A DNA stretch of 64,000 bases from the NCBI GenBank assembly GCA_964391595.1, contig CAYMMM010000001.1, forward strand, positions 4,708 to 68,707. The letters run 5' to 3'. This document shows, one piece after another, positions 9,161-17,236 of the stretch (the first letter of the stretch is position 1; each line of letters starts with the position of its first letter). The translations under genes were made by a program, and so were the position numbers. The notes below the pieces were generated by a model. The model did no database searches. It saw nothing but the letters and a program-made list of their open reading frames with translations, and had not been told where the DNA came from. The stretch comes from an uncultured Candidatus Saccharibacteria bacterium (GTDB taxonomy: Bacteria > Patescibacteriota > Saccharimonadia > CAILAD01 > GCA-016700035).

Positions 9161-10840
9161 TCAGTCTTCGGTGAGTGCAGCCTGACGCCGCGCCTCAAGT
9201 CGCTGCTCAGCTGCGATACGGCCGAGATCATATCGTTCATAGTCGGCGTAGCGCATCATCTCTGCAATTGCAGTGTGCCCGGCCACATTCTCGACTGCTT
9301 CGTGTATCGACTGACAGACCCGTCGGTAGTCGTCGTGGCCGGCGGGCTGAGTACGCAGCTCCACCATGTGTGTTAGCGCCCGGGCGTTGATCTGGATCGC
9401 GTAACGCATACGGTATGCGAAACCGAGTGCGTATTGAGGCTGAGCGTCAGCGGGAAAGACTCCACGCAGCTCGTCGAACAGCGCCGCCTGGGCTTCGAGT
9501 GCAGCGTCGTAGTGACCGCGCAGTCCCGATAGCTCAATCAGCGGTGGCACGATGTAGCCATGCACCGGCGTCAGCGTCTGCCAGGTCATGGTCAGCATGC
9601 GGTGCCGCTGAAGGTCGCGGAAGGCGCCGTAGTCGCTGAGGATCTCGAAGCGGTAACCAACCATCTCAAGCTGTCGCCCTGGCTTGTGACGCCGGTTGTG
9701 TGATCGATCACCGAAGTACGCTTCGAGTATCGACAACTTCTCATGATGGCTCATCAATTCCACGCGCCTACGCAGCTGTACCTCTGAGAAGTGCGTCTGC
9801 TCTGCCAGGATCGCGGCAACGAGCTTCACCTCATAATCGGGATCGAAGTCGAGTAGCTGTACCTCTGACGAGGTGGGCTCGAGCGTCAAGTCAGCCAGGA
9901 GTGCATCGGCTCGTTCGTTCACCGCTTCTCGATTTTGCTCGAGATAAGCACTCCAAGCGTTCCCGCGGTCTGGAAGATCGACGCGCTGCAAGAAGGATGG
10001 AATGACCTTGCGCAATTCCTTCAGCATCATGCCCGCGTATGCACGAGCTTCGGGCAGTGGATGAGCTCGCATGCGCAGCAACAGATGCTCGTACGACTGG
10101 CCCGAGCCGTAGATGCCCAAGTTCGAGATCGTCGCCGCAGGCAACAGTCCTCGAACATTGTCGAGCACTTTCGAACGTACCGACGCTTGCCAGGCAGGAA
10201 TCGACTGCCCATCAGCACGTGGATACAACTCCTCGGCCAGCGGCATGAGTTGCTCGAGCAGCCAGCTGTACTGCTGGAAGGTGATGTCCATGACATCCAC
10301 ATAGCGACCTGCCAACGGTGAGGCCATGATCTCGGGGTCGCGATAGTAGCGGTAGCGACCGTTCACGGTGCCGTCGTACCTGATGTAACGCGTCGATTGC
10401 TCGAGGTAGCCCATCAGGCGACCCCACTCGAGGATCTTGGTCAGCAGATTGCTGGCCTGCTCGCAGGCGAGGTGAGCCCCGCCCAGCTGCGCGACTGAAT
10501 CGTCGCCGTAGTCGCTGAACACCTTGTCGAACAGCTGTGTTCCGCGTTGAAGACCTGCGCCAGCGCCAGGTGCCACGTCCTCGGCTTCCTCGAGCTTCTC
10601 GTAGAACTCGGTGAGAAAAAGCCGACGCAGGCTCAACTCGGTGCGTGAGTAGCGCGCGAACAGTGCGGCGCGCACCACTTCGTCAAGTCCGCGCACTGCG
10701 AAGACCGGCAGATGCGTGTTGGTGAAGTAGCGCTCGAGGATTGCACACTCTGCTTCGGTGAACTCCTCGGCCGTGTAGCCGATGATGTCGGTTGGGGACA
10801 TCTTGTTCTCTCTTTCTGTCATGGTACTCTTGTCGAACAA
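9161..10840 (-). CDS. ThyX-family (Thy1, FAD-dependent thymidylate synthase-like) protein, double-length form
   Basis: 559 aa. The C-terminal region matches the ThyX C-terminal signature: NARALTHMVELRTQPAGHDDYRRVCQSI versus ThyX NARSL..LR...HAQ.EIR. An RHR motif is present (LQRHRMLT). The N-terminal half looks like a degenerate second copy. The gene appears G+C-rich. Confidence 0.6.
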   Translation of the reverse strand: MFDKSTMTERENKMSPTDIIGYTAEEFTEAECAILERYFTNTHLPVFAVRGLDEVVRAALFARYSRTELSLRRLFLTEFYEKLEEAEDVAPGAGAGLQRGTQLFDKVFSDYGDDSVAQLGGAHLACEQASNLLTKILEWGRLMGYLEQSTRYIRYDGTVNGRYRYYRDPEIMASPLAGRYVDVMDITFQQYSWLLEQLMPLAEELYPRADGQSIPAWQASVRSKVLDNVRGLLPAATISNLGIYGSGQSYEHLLLRMRAHPLPEARAYAGMMLKELRKVIPSFLQRVDLPDRGNAWSAYLEQNREAVNERADALLADLTLEPTSSEVQLLDFDPDYEVKLVAAILAEQTHFSEVQLRRRVELMSHHEKLSILEAYFGDRSHNRRHKPGRQLEMVGYRFEILSDYGAFRDLQRHRMLTMTWQTLTPVHGYIVPPLIELSGLRGHYDAALEAQAALFDELRGVFPADAQPQYALGFAYRMRYAIQINARALTHMVELRTQPAGHDDYRRVCQSIHEAVENVAGHTAIAEMMRYADYERYDLGRIAAEQRLEARRQAALTED

Positions 10841-10894
10841 GTCGTATCAATAATATCTGAAAACGTACAAAATACGAAATCATAAGGACTTTGT

Positions 10895-10929
10895 GAGAAA
10901 AAATACAGCCCCGGGATTGCTCCCGGGGC
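10895..10929 (-). terminator. Intrinsic terminator after tmk
   Basis: A 9-bp stem (GCCCCGGGA / UCCCGGGGC) is followed by UGUAUUUUUUCUC on the minus strand. Confidence 0.6.
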
Positions 10930-10939
10930 AAGGCAGCAT

Positions 10940-11587
10940 TTAACTAGTAAGGACATTCTCCTCTAGTAACGTTTTGATCGCTAGCGACACGCGCTCGATG
11001 GACTGAAGCCCGTAGATCTCGTGAGTGGTATAGCCCATTTCACGCATGATTCTACAGGCATCCATATACCCGTTTGCGATCATACGTAAATACTGCTCAC
11101 CTTGTGACTCGAAGAAATCACGTGCTTCGCCGCGTCCATCAACACGTCTTTCTGATTCGTCGTACGGCAGCGTGATGACAATGAAGAGATCCGGTCTACA
11201 GATCGGGTCGACGTACTTCTCGTGGAGGAGTCTGATCTCGTCTAGGTCGGTACCCCCGACGATGCCTTGATACACGAAGGTAGAAGCTTCGCTCCGATCG
11301 GCGATCACCCATTCGCCAGCTTCGAGGGCTGGAAGAACAACGCGTCGTCGCATACCCATTCGAGCGGCTACAAACGTCAGAAGCTCTTCGTCTGCTTCAT
11401 GGTGAAGGTCGGGGTCCTTCAATACGAGCCTGAGCGCTTCACCGAAGGGGTCGCCCCCGGGCTCGCGCACTACGCGACATCTCTGCCCCATGCCAGCGAG
11501 CCAATTGGCAATGATCTCGCATTGCGTGCCTTTGCCTGCCCCTTCGGTTCCTTCGATGACGATGTACTTTCCTCTTTCAGTCATCAA
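10940..11587 (-). CDS. tmk: Thymidylate kinase
   Basis: 215 aa with a P-loop (IVIEGTEGAGKGTQ) and the typical dTMP kinase fold motifs. Confidence 0.85.
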   Translation of the reverse strand: MMTERGKYIVIEGTEGAGKGTQCEIIANWLAGMGQRCRVVREPGGDPFGEALRLVLKDPDLHHEADEELLTFVAARMGMRRRVVLPALEAGEWVIADRSEASTFVYQGIVGGTDLDEIRLLHEKYVDPICRPDLFIVITLPYDESERRVDGRGEARDFFESQGEQYLRMIANGYMDACRIMREMGYTTHEIYGLQSIERVSLAIKTLLEENVLTS

Positions 11588-12528
11588 CCCTCCTCGAGGT
11601 TTGCGATAGAATAGTCCGGGATTGGGAGCAACGGCAACGGGGCAACGAACTCATCCTTGTCGGCGCGAGGGATCATGCGCTTGACCGACCAGTCGGCGAT
11701 AGTCTTCTCGAGACTATCCGATGCCGTATGGTACTTCGATGATGTTCCGCCGTACGGCCGCAGCACGGCGCCGGTATGGTGAAACACGATCTGTGCGATG
11801 CGGTCACCTACGGCCAGGATGCACAACTCCTGGTTGAAATTGTGGATCTCCATAGTCCAGCGGGTTGCGTAGCCGGGATCCCCCCATCCCGCGTCAATGC
11901 AGACTGCGATACCGTTGCGGCCAATCGTGCTGCGAGACTGCATTGAAGTTGTGCCGGGTGGCAGAATCCCAATGAACTCATGTGTATGAGCCAGAATGCG
12001 CTCCCCTGGGAATACGGGGATGACAAGCGCATCATCGGGCAGATTTGCGAGCAGCCCAAGTCCATTGGACTCACAGAATTCGCGATGAGGTTTTGGCTTC
12101 TCGGCCCGGAAGAATCGCTCAATGTCCTCGGGGTTGCGGTGGTCGTAGATTGGGCTCTTATTGGCATTCGCTACGAAGAACCCGTCTCCACCCAGCGTTA
12201 CATCGACTGAACTCCCTTTGATGTTGGCTGGTACCAGCGGGTGGCAGATGATGTTACCGCGACGGATCGCACCAAGAATCTCGCTGTCCGAATACACTCC
12301 ACCGGCGATGCGCTCGATGTAGGCAAGCAGGTTCTTGACCCACTTCTCGAAAGCATCAGGAGTGTTCAGAAGAGCCTTGATCGCCCCCGGATCGGACAAG
12401 CCCGCGAGGATTGCGCTCCTGAGTTGATCCGACGCCCTCTGGTCAGGGTGGATGCCCTGTAGAAGAGAGGCTTGATCGACAGCTCGTCGCGTCTTATCGA
12501 CCAGTTCATCCAAGTTGTCACTTGGCAT
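11584..12528 (-). CDS. dCTP deaminase/dUTPase-family protein (Dcd-like) with N- and C-terminal extensions
   Basis: 314 aa with a central Dcd/Dut-like core (AGWGDPGY and ILAVGDRIAQIVF motifs). It overlaps tmk by 4 nt. Confidence 0.65.
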   Translation of the reverse strand: MPSDNLDELVDKTRRAVDQASLLQGIHPDQRASDQLRSAILAGLSDPGAIKALLNTPDAFEKWVKNLLAYIERIAGGVYSDSEILGAIRRGNIICHPLVPANIKGSSVDVTLGGDGFFVANANKSPIYDHRNPEDIERFFRAEKPKPHREFCESNGLGLLANLPDDALVIPVFPGERILAHTHEFIGILPPGTTSMQSRSTIGRNGIAVCIDAGWGDPGYATRWTMEIHNFNQELCILAVGDRIAQIVFHHTGAVLRPYGGTSSKYHTASDSLEKTIADWSVKRMIPRADKDEFVAPLPLLPIPDYSIANLEEG

Positions 12529-12630
12529 ACCGTCTCACTTTCTTAGTAGGTACAAAACGATCTGTATTAGTGTAGCGGAAATGTGCATGAGCTCAAAAGC
12601 ATAAGATGTAAGAATGTATGATTACGCACT

Positions 12631-12660
12631 AAAAAAACACCCTTACGGGTGCTTTTTTTA
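12631..12660. terminator. Bidirectional intrinsic terminator between rplA and the island
   Basis: The sequence AAAAAAACACCC-UUAC-GGGUGCUUUUUUU has A and T runs flanking the stem on both sides. Confidence 0.5.
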
Positions 12661-12678
12661 GTGTCGTGTGAAGCTAAA

Positions 12679-13620
12679 CTATTTCGCTACGAGTTCGGCG
12701 GTGTCGAGCTTCACGCCCGGTGTCATGGTGGCGGCAACGGTGATTGACTTCACGTATGTCCCCTTCACGCCAGATGGGCGGTTGGTTTGTACGCACTGTA
12801 ATACGGCGCGTCCGTTGGCAACGAGATCTTCTGCCTTGAAGCTGAGCTTACCGACTGCAGCGTGGATGATGCCGTTCGCATCGTTCTTGATCTCGAGACG
12901 GCCTTGCTTGATCTCCTTTACGGCAGTAGCTGGGTCAGCAGTCACGGTGCCACTCTTCGGTGATGGCATCAGTCCTTTTGGACCGAGCGTCTTCGCGTGG
13001 CGGCCGAGCTGAGCCATCGTGTCTGGTGTAGCTACTAGGACGTCAAAGTCGAGCGTACCCTTACCAATGTCGGCGAGCAATTGCTCTGAGTCAGTCACAT
13101 CAGCACCAGCTTCTGCAGCTGCTTTGGCTTTTTTGTCATCAGCTGTCAGTACTGCCACTCGAACGGTTTTACCACTTCCTGCTGGAAGTGCGGTAGATGC
13201 ACGGACGGTTTGGTCGGCCTGACGTGGGTCTATGTCAAGGCGAATATGGAGCTCAAGCGTGGGGTCAAACTTGGCGGTAGAAATCCTTTGAACGAGCGCA
13301 ACGGCTTCATCGAGTGTGTAGAGTTTATCGAAATCAATTGCTTCGCGCATGGCTTGTTGATTCTTGGAGTATCTCTTCACACGAGGCTTAGCCTTTGGCT
13401 TAGGAGCATCTGCTTTTTCGGCTGCCTCAGCTTTGCGTTCCTCTTTTGCCTCAGCTTCTTCTGCTTCTTTTGCGGCCTTGGCGCTGCGCTTCCCCGCTTT
13501 GGCAGTTGACGTTTTCTTGGCTGGCTTTTCTTCTACAGTCTCTACTTGTTCTTCAGCTACTACATCGGTTGGTTCGGTAGCGACTACTTCTTCTACGATT
13601 TCTTCAGATTTCTTTGGCAT
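12679..13620 (-). CDS. rplA: Ribosomal protein uL1 with an ~80-aa E/K/A-rich N-terminal extension
   Basis: The canonical L1 core begins around KPRVKRYSKNQQAMREAIDF. The start is MPKKSEE at ATG 13618-13620, preceded by an AAGGAGAA RBS; the listed ORF start at 13668 is probably over-extended. Confidence 0.85.
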   Translation of the reverse strand: MPKKSEEIVEEVVATEPTDVVAEEQVETVEEKPAKKTSTAKAGKRSAKAAKEAEEAEAKEERKAEAAEKADAPKPKAKPRVKRYSKNQQAMREAIDFDKLYTLDEAVALVQRISTAKFDPTLELHIRLDIDPRQADQTVRASTALPAGSGKTVRVAVLTADDKKAKAAAEAGADVTDSEQLLADIGKGTLDFDVLVATPDTMAQLGRHAKTLGPKGLMPSPKSGTVTADPATAVKEIKQGRLEIKNDANGIIHAAVGKLSFKAEDLVANGRAVLQCVQTNRPSGVKGTYVKSITVAATMTPGVKLDTAELVAK

Positions 13621-13675
13621 AATGTTCTCCTTGTGGTGCAAGCGGCGGATAGATATCACGCCTCCCACGGGTTAT
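13621..13675 (-). promoter_or_regulatory. Conserved leader element upstream of rplA (copy A; putative L1-binding autoregulatory site)
   Basis: A ~50-nt segment immediately 5' of the start codon is near-identical to the segment upstream of rplK. In mRNA sense it reads CCGUGGGAGGCG-stem-loop-CGCCGCUUGCACCACAAGGAGAA. Confidence 0.45.
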
Positions 13676-13683
13676 TTAGTGAT

Positions 13684-14115
13684 TTACTTCTCGACCTCTA
13701 CACCCATTGAGCGGGCTGTACCAGCAATGATTTTCTTCGCGGCATCGATGTCGTTTGCATTCAAGTCTGCCATCTTAGTCTCAGCGATTTCGGTCAGTTG
13801 GGCATCGGTGAGTTTACCGACCTTTTCCTTGTTCGGAACACCACTAGCCTTCTGGAGGCCGAGAGCTTGCTTGATTAGCATCTTGGCAGGCGTGCCTTTT
13901 ACTTCGAAGGTAAAGCTCTTGTCTTCATAAATAGTGATCTTGGTTGGGCACTGAGCGCCACGCATGTCCTTGGTCTGTTCATTGAAGGCGTTAATGAAGT
14001 CCATCATATTTACACCGTGCTGACCCAAGGCTGAACCAACTGGTGGAGCTGGTGTAGCACCGCCTGCTGGGATAACCATCTTGAGTTTTGCTGAGATCTT
14101 CTTTGCTTCTGCCAT
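13684..14115 (-). CDS. rplK: Ribosomal protein uL11
   Basis: 143 aa and L11-like ([27 protein letters not shown]...). Confidence 0.9.
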   Translation of the reverse strand: MAEAKKISAKLKMVIPAGGATPAPPVGSALGQHGVNMMDFINAFNEQTKDMRGAQCPTKITIYEDKSFTFEVKGTPAKMLIKQALGLQKASGVPNKEKVGKLTDAQLTEIAETKMADLNANDIDAAKKIIAGTARSMGVEVEK

Positions 14116-14172
14116 AATCTTTTCTCCTTGTGGTGCAAGCGGCGGGCAAATACCTCGCCTCCCACGGTTATT
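14116..14172 (-). promoter_or_regulatory. Conserved leader element upstream of rplK (copy B; putative L1-binding autoregulatory site)
   Basis: It shares the same core as copy A, with the RBS embedded. Confidence 0.45.
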
Positions 14173-14186
14173 GTTTATTGTTCAAA

Positions 14187-14723
14187 CTAAATCTTCTTAA
14201 CCTGCAGGCTGTCAAGCTCGACAGGCGTTTCGCGACCGAACATGGTCACGAGTACTTTGATCTTACCCTTAGCTTCGTCGATTTCGCTGATTTGCCCATC
14301 GCAGCCCTTGAATGGCCCGTCGGTAATATTCACCGTCTCGCCTATCGAGTAGTCGATCATGAACTTCGGTTCCTCGACGCCCATGCGCTTTTGGATGAGC
14401 TTGACCTCATCTTCAGCCATTGGACTTGGTGTGGTGCCAGTTCCGACGAAGCCGGTAACGTTTGGCGTGTTACGGACGACGAACCAGCTGTCTTCGGTGA
14501 CATCCATATTCACCAAGATATAGCCTGGGAAAATTTTACGTTCGACAATGCGTCGCTTACCATTCTTGATTTCAATCTGGTTTTCTTTTGGTACGACGAC
14601 ATCAAAAACCTTATCTTTCATACCCATTGTATCGATGCGGTGAAGTAGATTTTGTGCGACTTGGTCTTCATACCCTGAGTAGGTGTGGATGACATACCAT
14701 TGGCCTGGTGACGATGTTTTCAT
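14187..14723 (-). CDS. nusG: Transcription termination/antitermination factor NusG
   Basis: 178 aa with an NGN domain (WYVIHTYSGYE) and a KOW domain. Confidence 0.9.
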   Translation of the reverse strand: MKTSSPGQWYVIHTYSGYEDQVAQNLLHRIDTMGMKDKVFDVVVPKENQIEIKNGKRRIVERKIFPGYILVNMDVTEDSWFVVRNTPNVTGFVGTGTTPSPMAEDEVKLIQKRMGVEEPKFMIDYSIGETVNITDGPFKGCDGQISEIDEAKGKIKVLVTMFGRETPVELDSLQVKKI

Positions 14724-14767
14724 GAGTTCCTTTGGTGAATATTATGTTATTGCACGACTATAGTTGC

Positions 14768-14956
14768 TTAGGATCTGGTGAGTAACTTTTCAAGAATGGT
14801 TCGAAAAAGCAGATCAAATCCAGCCAGATAGACTGCTACTACGAGAGTAAAAACCAATACTACAGTCGTCAAAAATATTGTTTGACGGCGGCTCGGCCAA
14901 ATAACGCGGCGGAGCTCTTGATATGAACTGGTGAAATAACGTAGTAATTTTTTCAT
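14768..14956 (-). CDS. secE: Preprotein translocase subunit SecE
   Basis: 62 aa with a single TM helix, lying directly upstream of nusG. Confidence 0.75.
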   Translation of the reverse strand: MKKLLRYFTSSYQELRRVIWPSRRQTIFLTTVVLVFTLVVAVYLAGFDLLFRTILEKLLTRS

Positions 14957-14972
14957 ATAAAACGTGCTTAAT

Positions 14973-14995
14973 CTAAAAAAGCCGCTCGGGCTTTA
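14973..14995 (-). terminator. Stem-loop with a U6 tail just upstream of secE (terminator of the upstream gene or an attenuator)
   Basis: On the minus strand the sequence is AAAGCC-CGAGC-GGCUUUUUU. Confidence 0.4.
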
Positions 14996-15021
14996 CATGC
15001 GTATACATATTGTACAGTGCA

Positions 15022-15050
15022 ATTTTAACCTGTAGGGGTGTAGATGTCAA
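15022..15050 (-). promoter_or_regulatory. Putative sigma70 promoter (TTGACA, 17-nt spacer, TAAAAT) upstream of the secE leader
   Basis: Consensus-like -35 and -10 hexamers with 17-nt spacing on the minus strand. Confidence 0.3.
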
Positions 15051-15061
15051 TATTTCGAGGG

Positions 15062-16387
15062 CTACTTTCGGGTCACGAATTCACTGATGTTTACGGGTAG
15101 TTTTTCGTGGATGCTCGTGAAGAATCGTTGCGCTGGGGTGCGAAGTGCGATAAGTGCGATCGTAGCGATGATTGATAGCCCAACCAGGATCGTAATGACT
15201 TGGATAATGGCTGACTTCCGTGCCTTCTGGTGGGGCTTTGTGATGATGAGCTGTGAGACGGCTGATTTATAGCTCGTGTGAGCTATGTGGTGATAGACCA
15301 GTGCCCAATATCCTTGTGACCACAGGGTAAATCCAACCACGGCAGCATACATGAGGACTGTCGACAGTAGGATGAGGCCAGCTCGAGCGATTGCATGGCG
15401 ACCCACGGTGAATTGGCCGTAGCTAGCAGTAGACCAGATGAGAGCGAGCAGTAACCCGACTGCTAGTGTGGCGCTGAGGAGCCAAAACAGGCCAAATGCG
15501 AGGGTTCGCAAGAGTGTTCGCAATGTAAGTCCGAGGCTTTTGACGACTAGAAAGGCGGTGGATTGATTTGTGACCGCAAGCATGATTCTGACGATGGTTC
15601 TGTGCACAGCCATTATAGCTACCCCCAGGAGGAAAAGGACGAGGATAACATAGATCGAGAGACTTTTAATTTGAGTTAGATTTGAGTCAAATATCCTCAG
15701 AATGACTAGAGCTGTGAGGCTTGAAAAAGCCATGGTGGAGAATAGCTCGAATGCACTGATTGAGATGAGGCGATGAGATTTGGCCAGAGCTTGCCAACCA
15801 TATTCTTCTGCATCGACTGATCGATGGTCGATACGACGGATATTTGCTGCATAACTGACGAGTTGCAAGATGTGCCGAACCAGCCAGAGAATGAACGCAA
15901 CAGCTGCGATGGCGATCACGCTTATCACTATTCTGATATAAGGCGCGGTGAGAAGGCCGCGAATAAGCATGTATGCTTGCTGGATGGTGATGTTTTGGCT
16001 TTTTGTCAGGCTTAAGATTGCCCAAGGCGTGGCGGCGCAGAGCCAAAACCAGGGTGAGAGGATGGACATCACGAGTGCGGCATCAAAAGCGTGACGGTCT
16101 TGCTTTTCGCGGAAAGAACGCAAGATGACAGAAAGTACTGATTTCTGATGTGTCTGATGCTTAGGCTGCGCGGGCAGCGGGAGCGCTGGATGGCTCACTC
16201 GATGTGGGTGCATGAATTCTGCAGCGTCTGTATCGAGTTCGGAGCTTGCAACTGTCTGTGATTGCGGCGACTTTAGTGCGGACTGTCGTGTCGCACCAGT
16301 AAGCTTACGTCCGCTTTCGATCGAATATCGAATGCCGTCCACTGTCACGTGTCTTTGCGGTTTTTGATGATGAGTAGTGCGTTTCAT
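15062..16387 (-). CDS. Polytopic membrane protein (hypothetical)
   Basis: 441 aa with more than 8 predicted TM helices and a His/Gln-rich N-terminus; there is no family I recognise. Confidence 0.5.
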   Translation of the reverse strand: MKRTTHHQKPQRHVTVDGIRYSIESGRKLTGATRQSALKSPQSQTVASSELDTDAAEFMHPHRVSHPALPLPAQPKHQTHQKSVLSVILRSFREKQDRHAFDAALVMSILSPWFWLCAATPWAILSLTKSQNITIQQAYMLIRGLLTAPYIRIVISVIAIAAVAFILWLVRHILQLVSYAANIRRIDHRSVDAEEYGWQALAKSHRLISISAFELFSTMAFSSLTALVILRIFDSNLTQIKSLSIYVILVLFLLGVAIMAVHRTIVRIMLAVTNQSTAFLVVKSLGLTLRTLLRTLAFGLFWLLSATLAVGLLLALIWSTASYGQFTVGRHAIARAGLILLSTVLMYAAVVGFTLWSQGYWALVYHHIAHTSYKSAVSQLIITKPHQKARKSAIIQVITILVGLSIIATIALIALRTPAQRFFTSIHEKLPVNISEFVTRK

Positions 16388-16396
16388 AGTTGAGGC

Positions 16397-17236
16397 TTAA
16401 CGATTATGCCAGAGAAAAAGTAGCTTTTCGTATGTCGGGATGCTGACTCGCTGGCTGTATACAGTATACTGCTTTTGCTTAATCCTTTCGAGTAGCTCGG
16501 CATAGAGTCTCAAGATATACCGCACTGGCCGCTGGTAGCTAGGGTGTAGGTCATCTATAGCACGAGCTGCGTGCGTCAAGTAGGTCTGCGCGCGCTTTGT
16601 CAGTATGGTTAGCGCACGTTCGAGACCGGCTTGATTTGTGCGTTGTAGGAGTTGCGCGGGCGTGAGTTGCGCTTCTCGCAAAACACTCTGGGGTATGTAT
16701 ATTCTCTGTAAGTCTATGTCGGTGCCGACATCGCGAATAATATTGACATACTGCATACCGATACCGAGCTGCTTTGCGCCGAGTAATGTTGAACGCTTGG
16801 TAGCGCCGAGTATGCGCGCGCACAGTATGCCGACGATCCCAGCGACCTCGTAGCTGTATCGATCGAGCTCTGAGATCGTGAGAGGCTGTCGAAACACGAT
16901 GTCACTTGTGACGCCATCAAGTACGGTTTCGAGCTCTGCGATTGGAATCCGATATACTTTGATCAGATTAAAGACAGCCGGCCATATATCCGTTTCGACT
17001 GGTGGCGATTTGCGGATGTGCAGCGCTCGTCGCATCATCATGAGCTGTCGCCGCTTCATGCTTGATGTGAGGGTCGTACTGTCAGCAATGTCATCGGCTA
17101 CTCTACAAAATGCGTAGAGTGCTTGGATCGCTTGCCTCGTTTCACGGTCAAAAAGATAGGTCGCGAGGGTAAAGTTGGAACTTGCACGGCGCGTAATTCG
17201 TGCGCACGCCGCTTGGCTGGCACGCTGGCTGGTCAT
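16397..17236 (-). CDS. crtB: Phytoene synthase (squalene/phytoene synthase family)
   Basis: 279 aa with a DDxxD motif (RVADDIADS) and SQS/PSY family motifs. Confidence 0.8.
   Translation of the reverse strand: MTSQRASQAACARITRRASSNFTLATYLFDRETRQAIQALYAFCRVADDIADSTTLTSSMKRRQLMMMRRALHIRKSPPVETDIWPAVFNLIKVYRIPIAELETVLDGVTSDIVFRQPLTISELDRYSYEVAGIVGILCARILGATKRSTLLGAKQLGIGMQYVNIIRDVGTDIDLQRIYIPQSVLREAQLTPAQLLQRTNQAGLERALTILTKRAQTYLTHAARAIDDLHPSYQRPVRYILRLYAELLERIKQKQYTVYSQRVSIPTYEKLLFLWHNR

Noticed and set aside
9161-10840. I weighed the alternative that the 559-aa ORF is not ThyX-related at all, because the RHR-x7-S motif is imperfect.
   Set aside because: The C-terminal NARALTHMVELR...H block and the context with tmk and a dcd-like gene favour ThyX family. 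I kept the call but lowered confidence and flagged the degenerate motif.
13019-13930. Plus-strand ORFs of 67, 99 and 188 aa are Ser/Ala/Phe-rich.
   Set aside because: They are antisense to rplA and rplK and to the leader region, and their composition is artefactual.
15687-16046. A 119-aa His/Ser-rich ORF lies inside the 441-aa membrane-protein gene.
   Set aside because: It is an alternate frame of a longer, better-supported ORF on the same strand.
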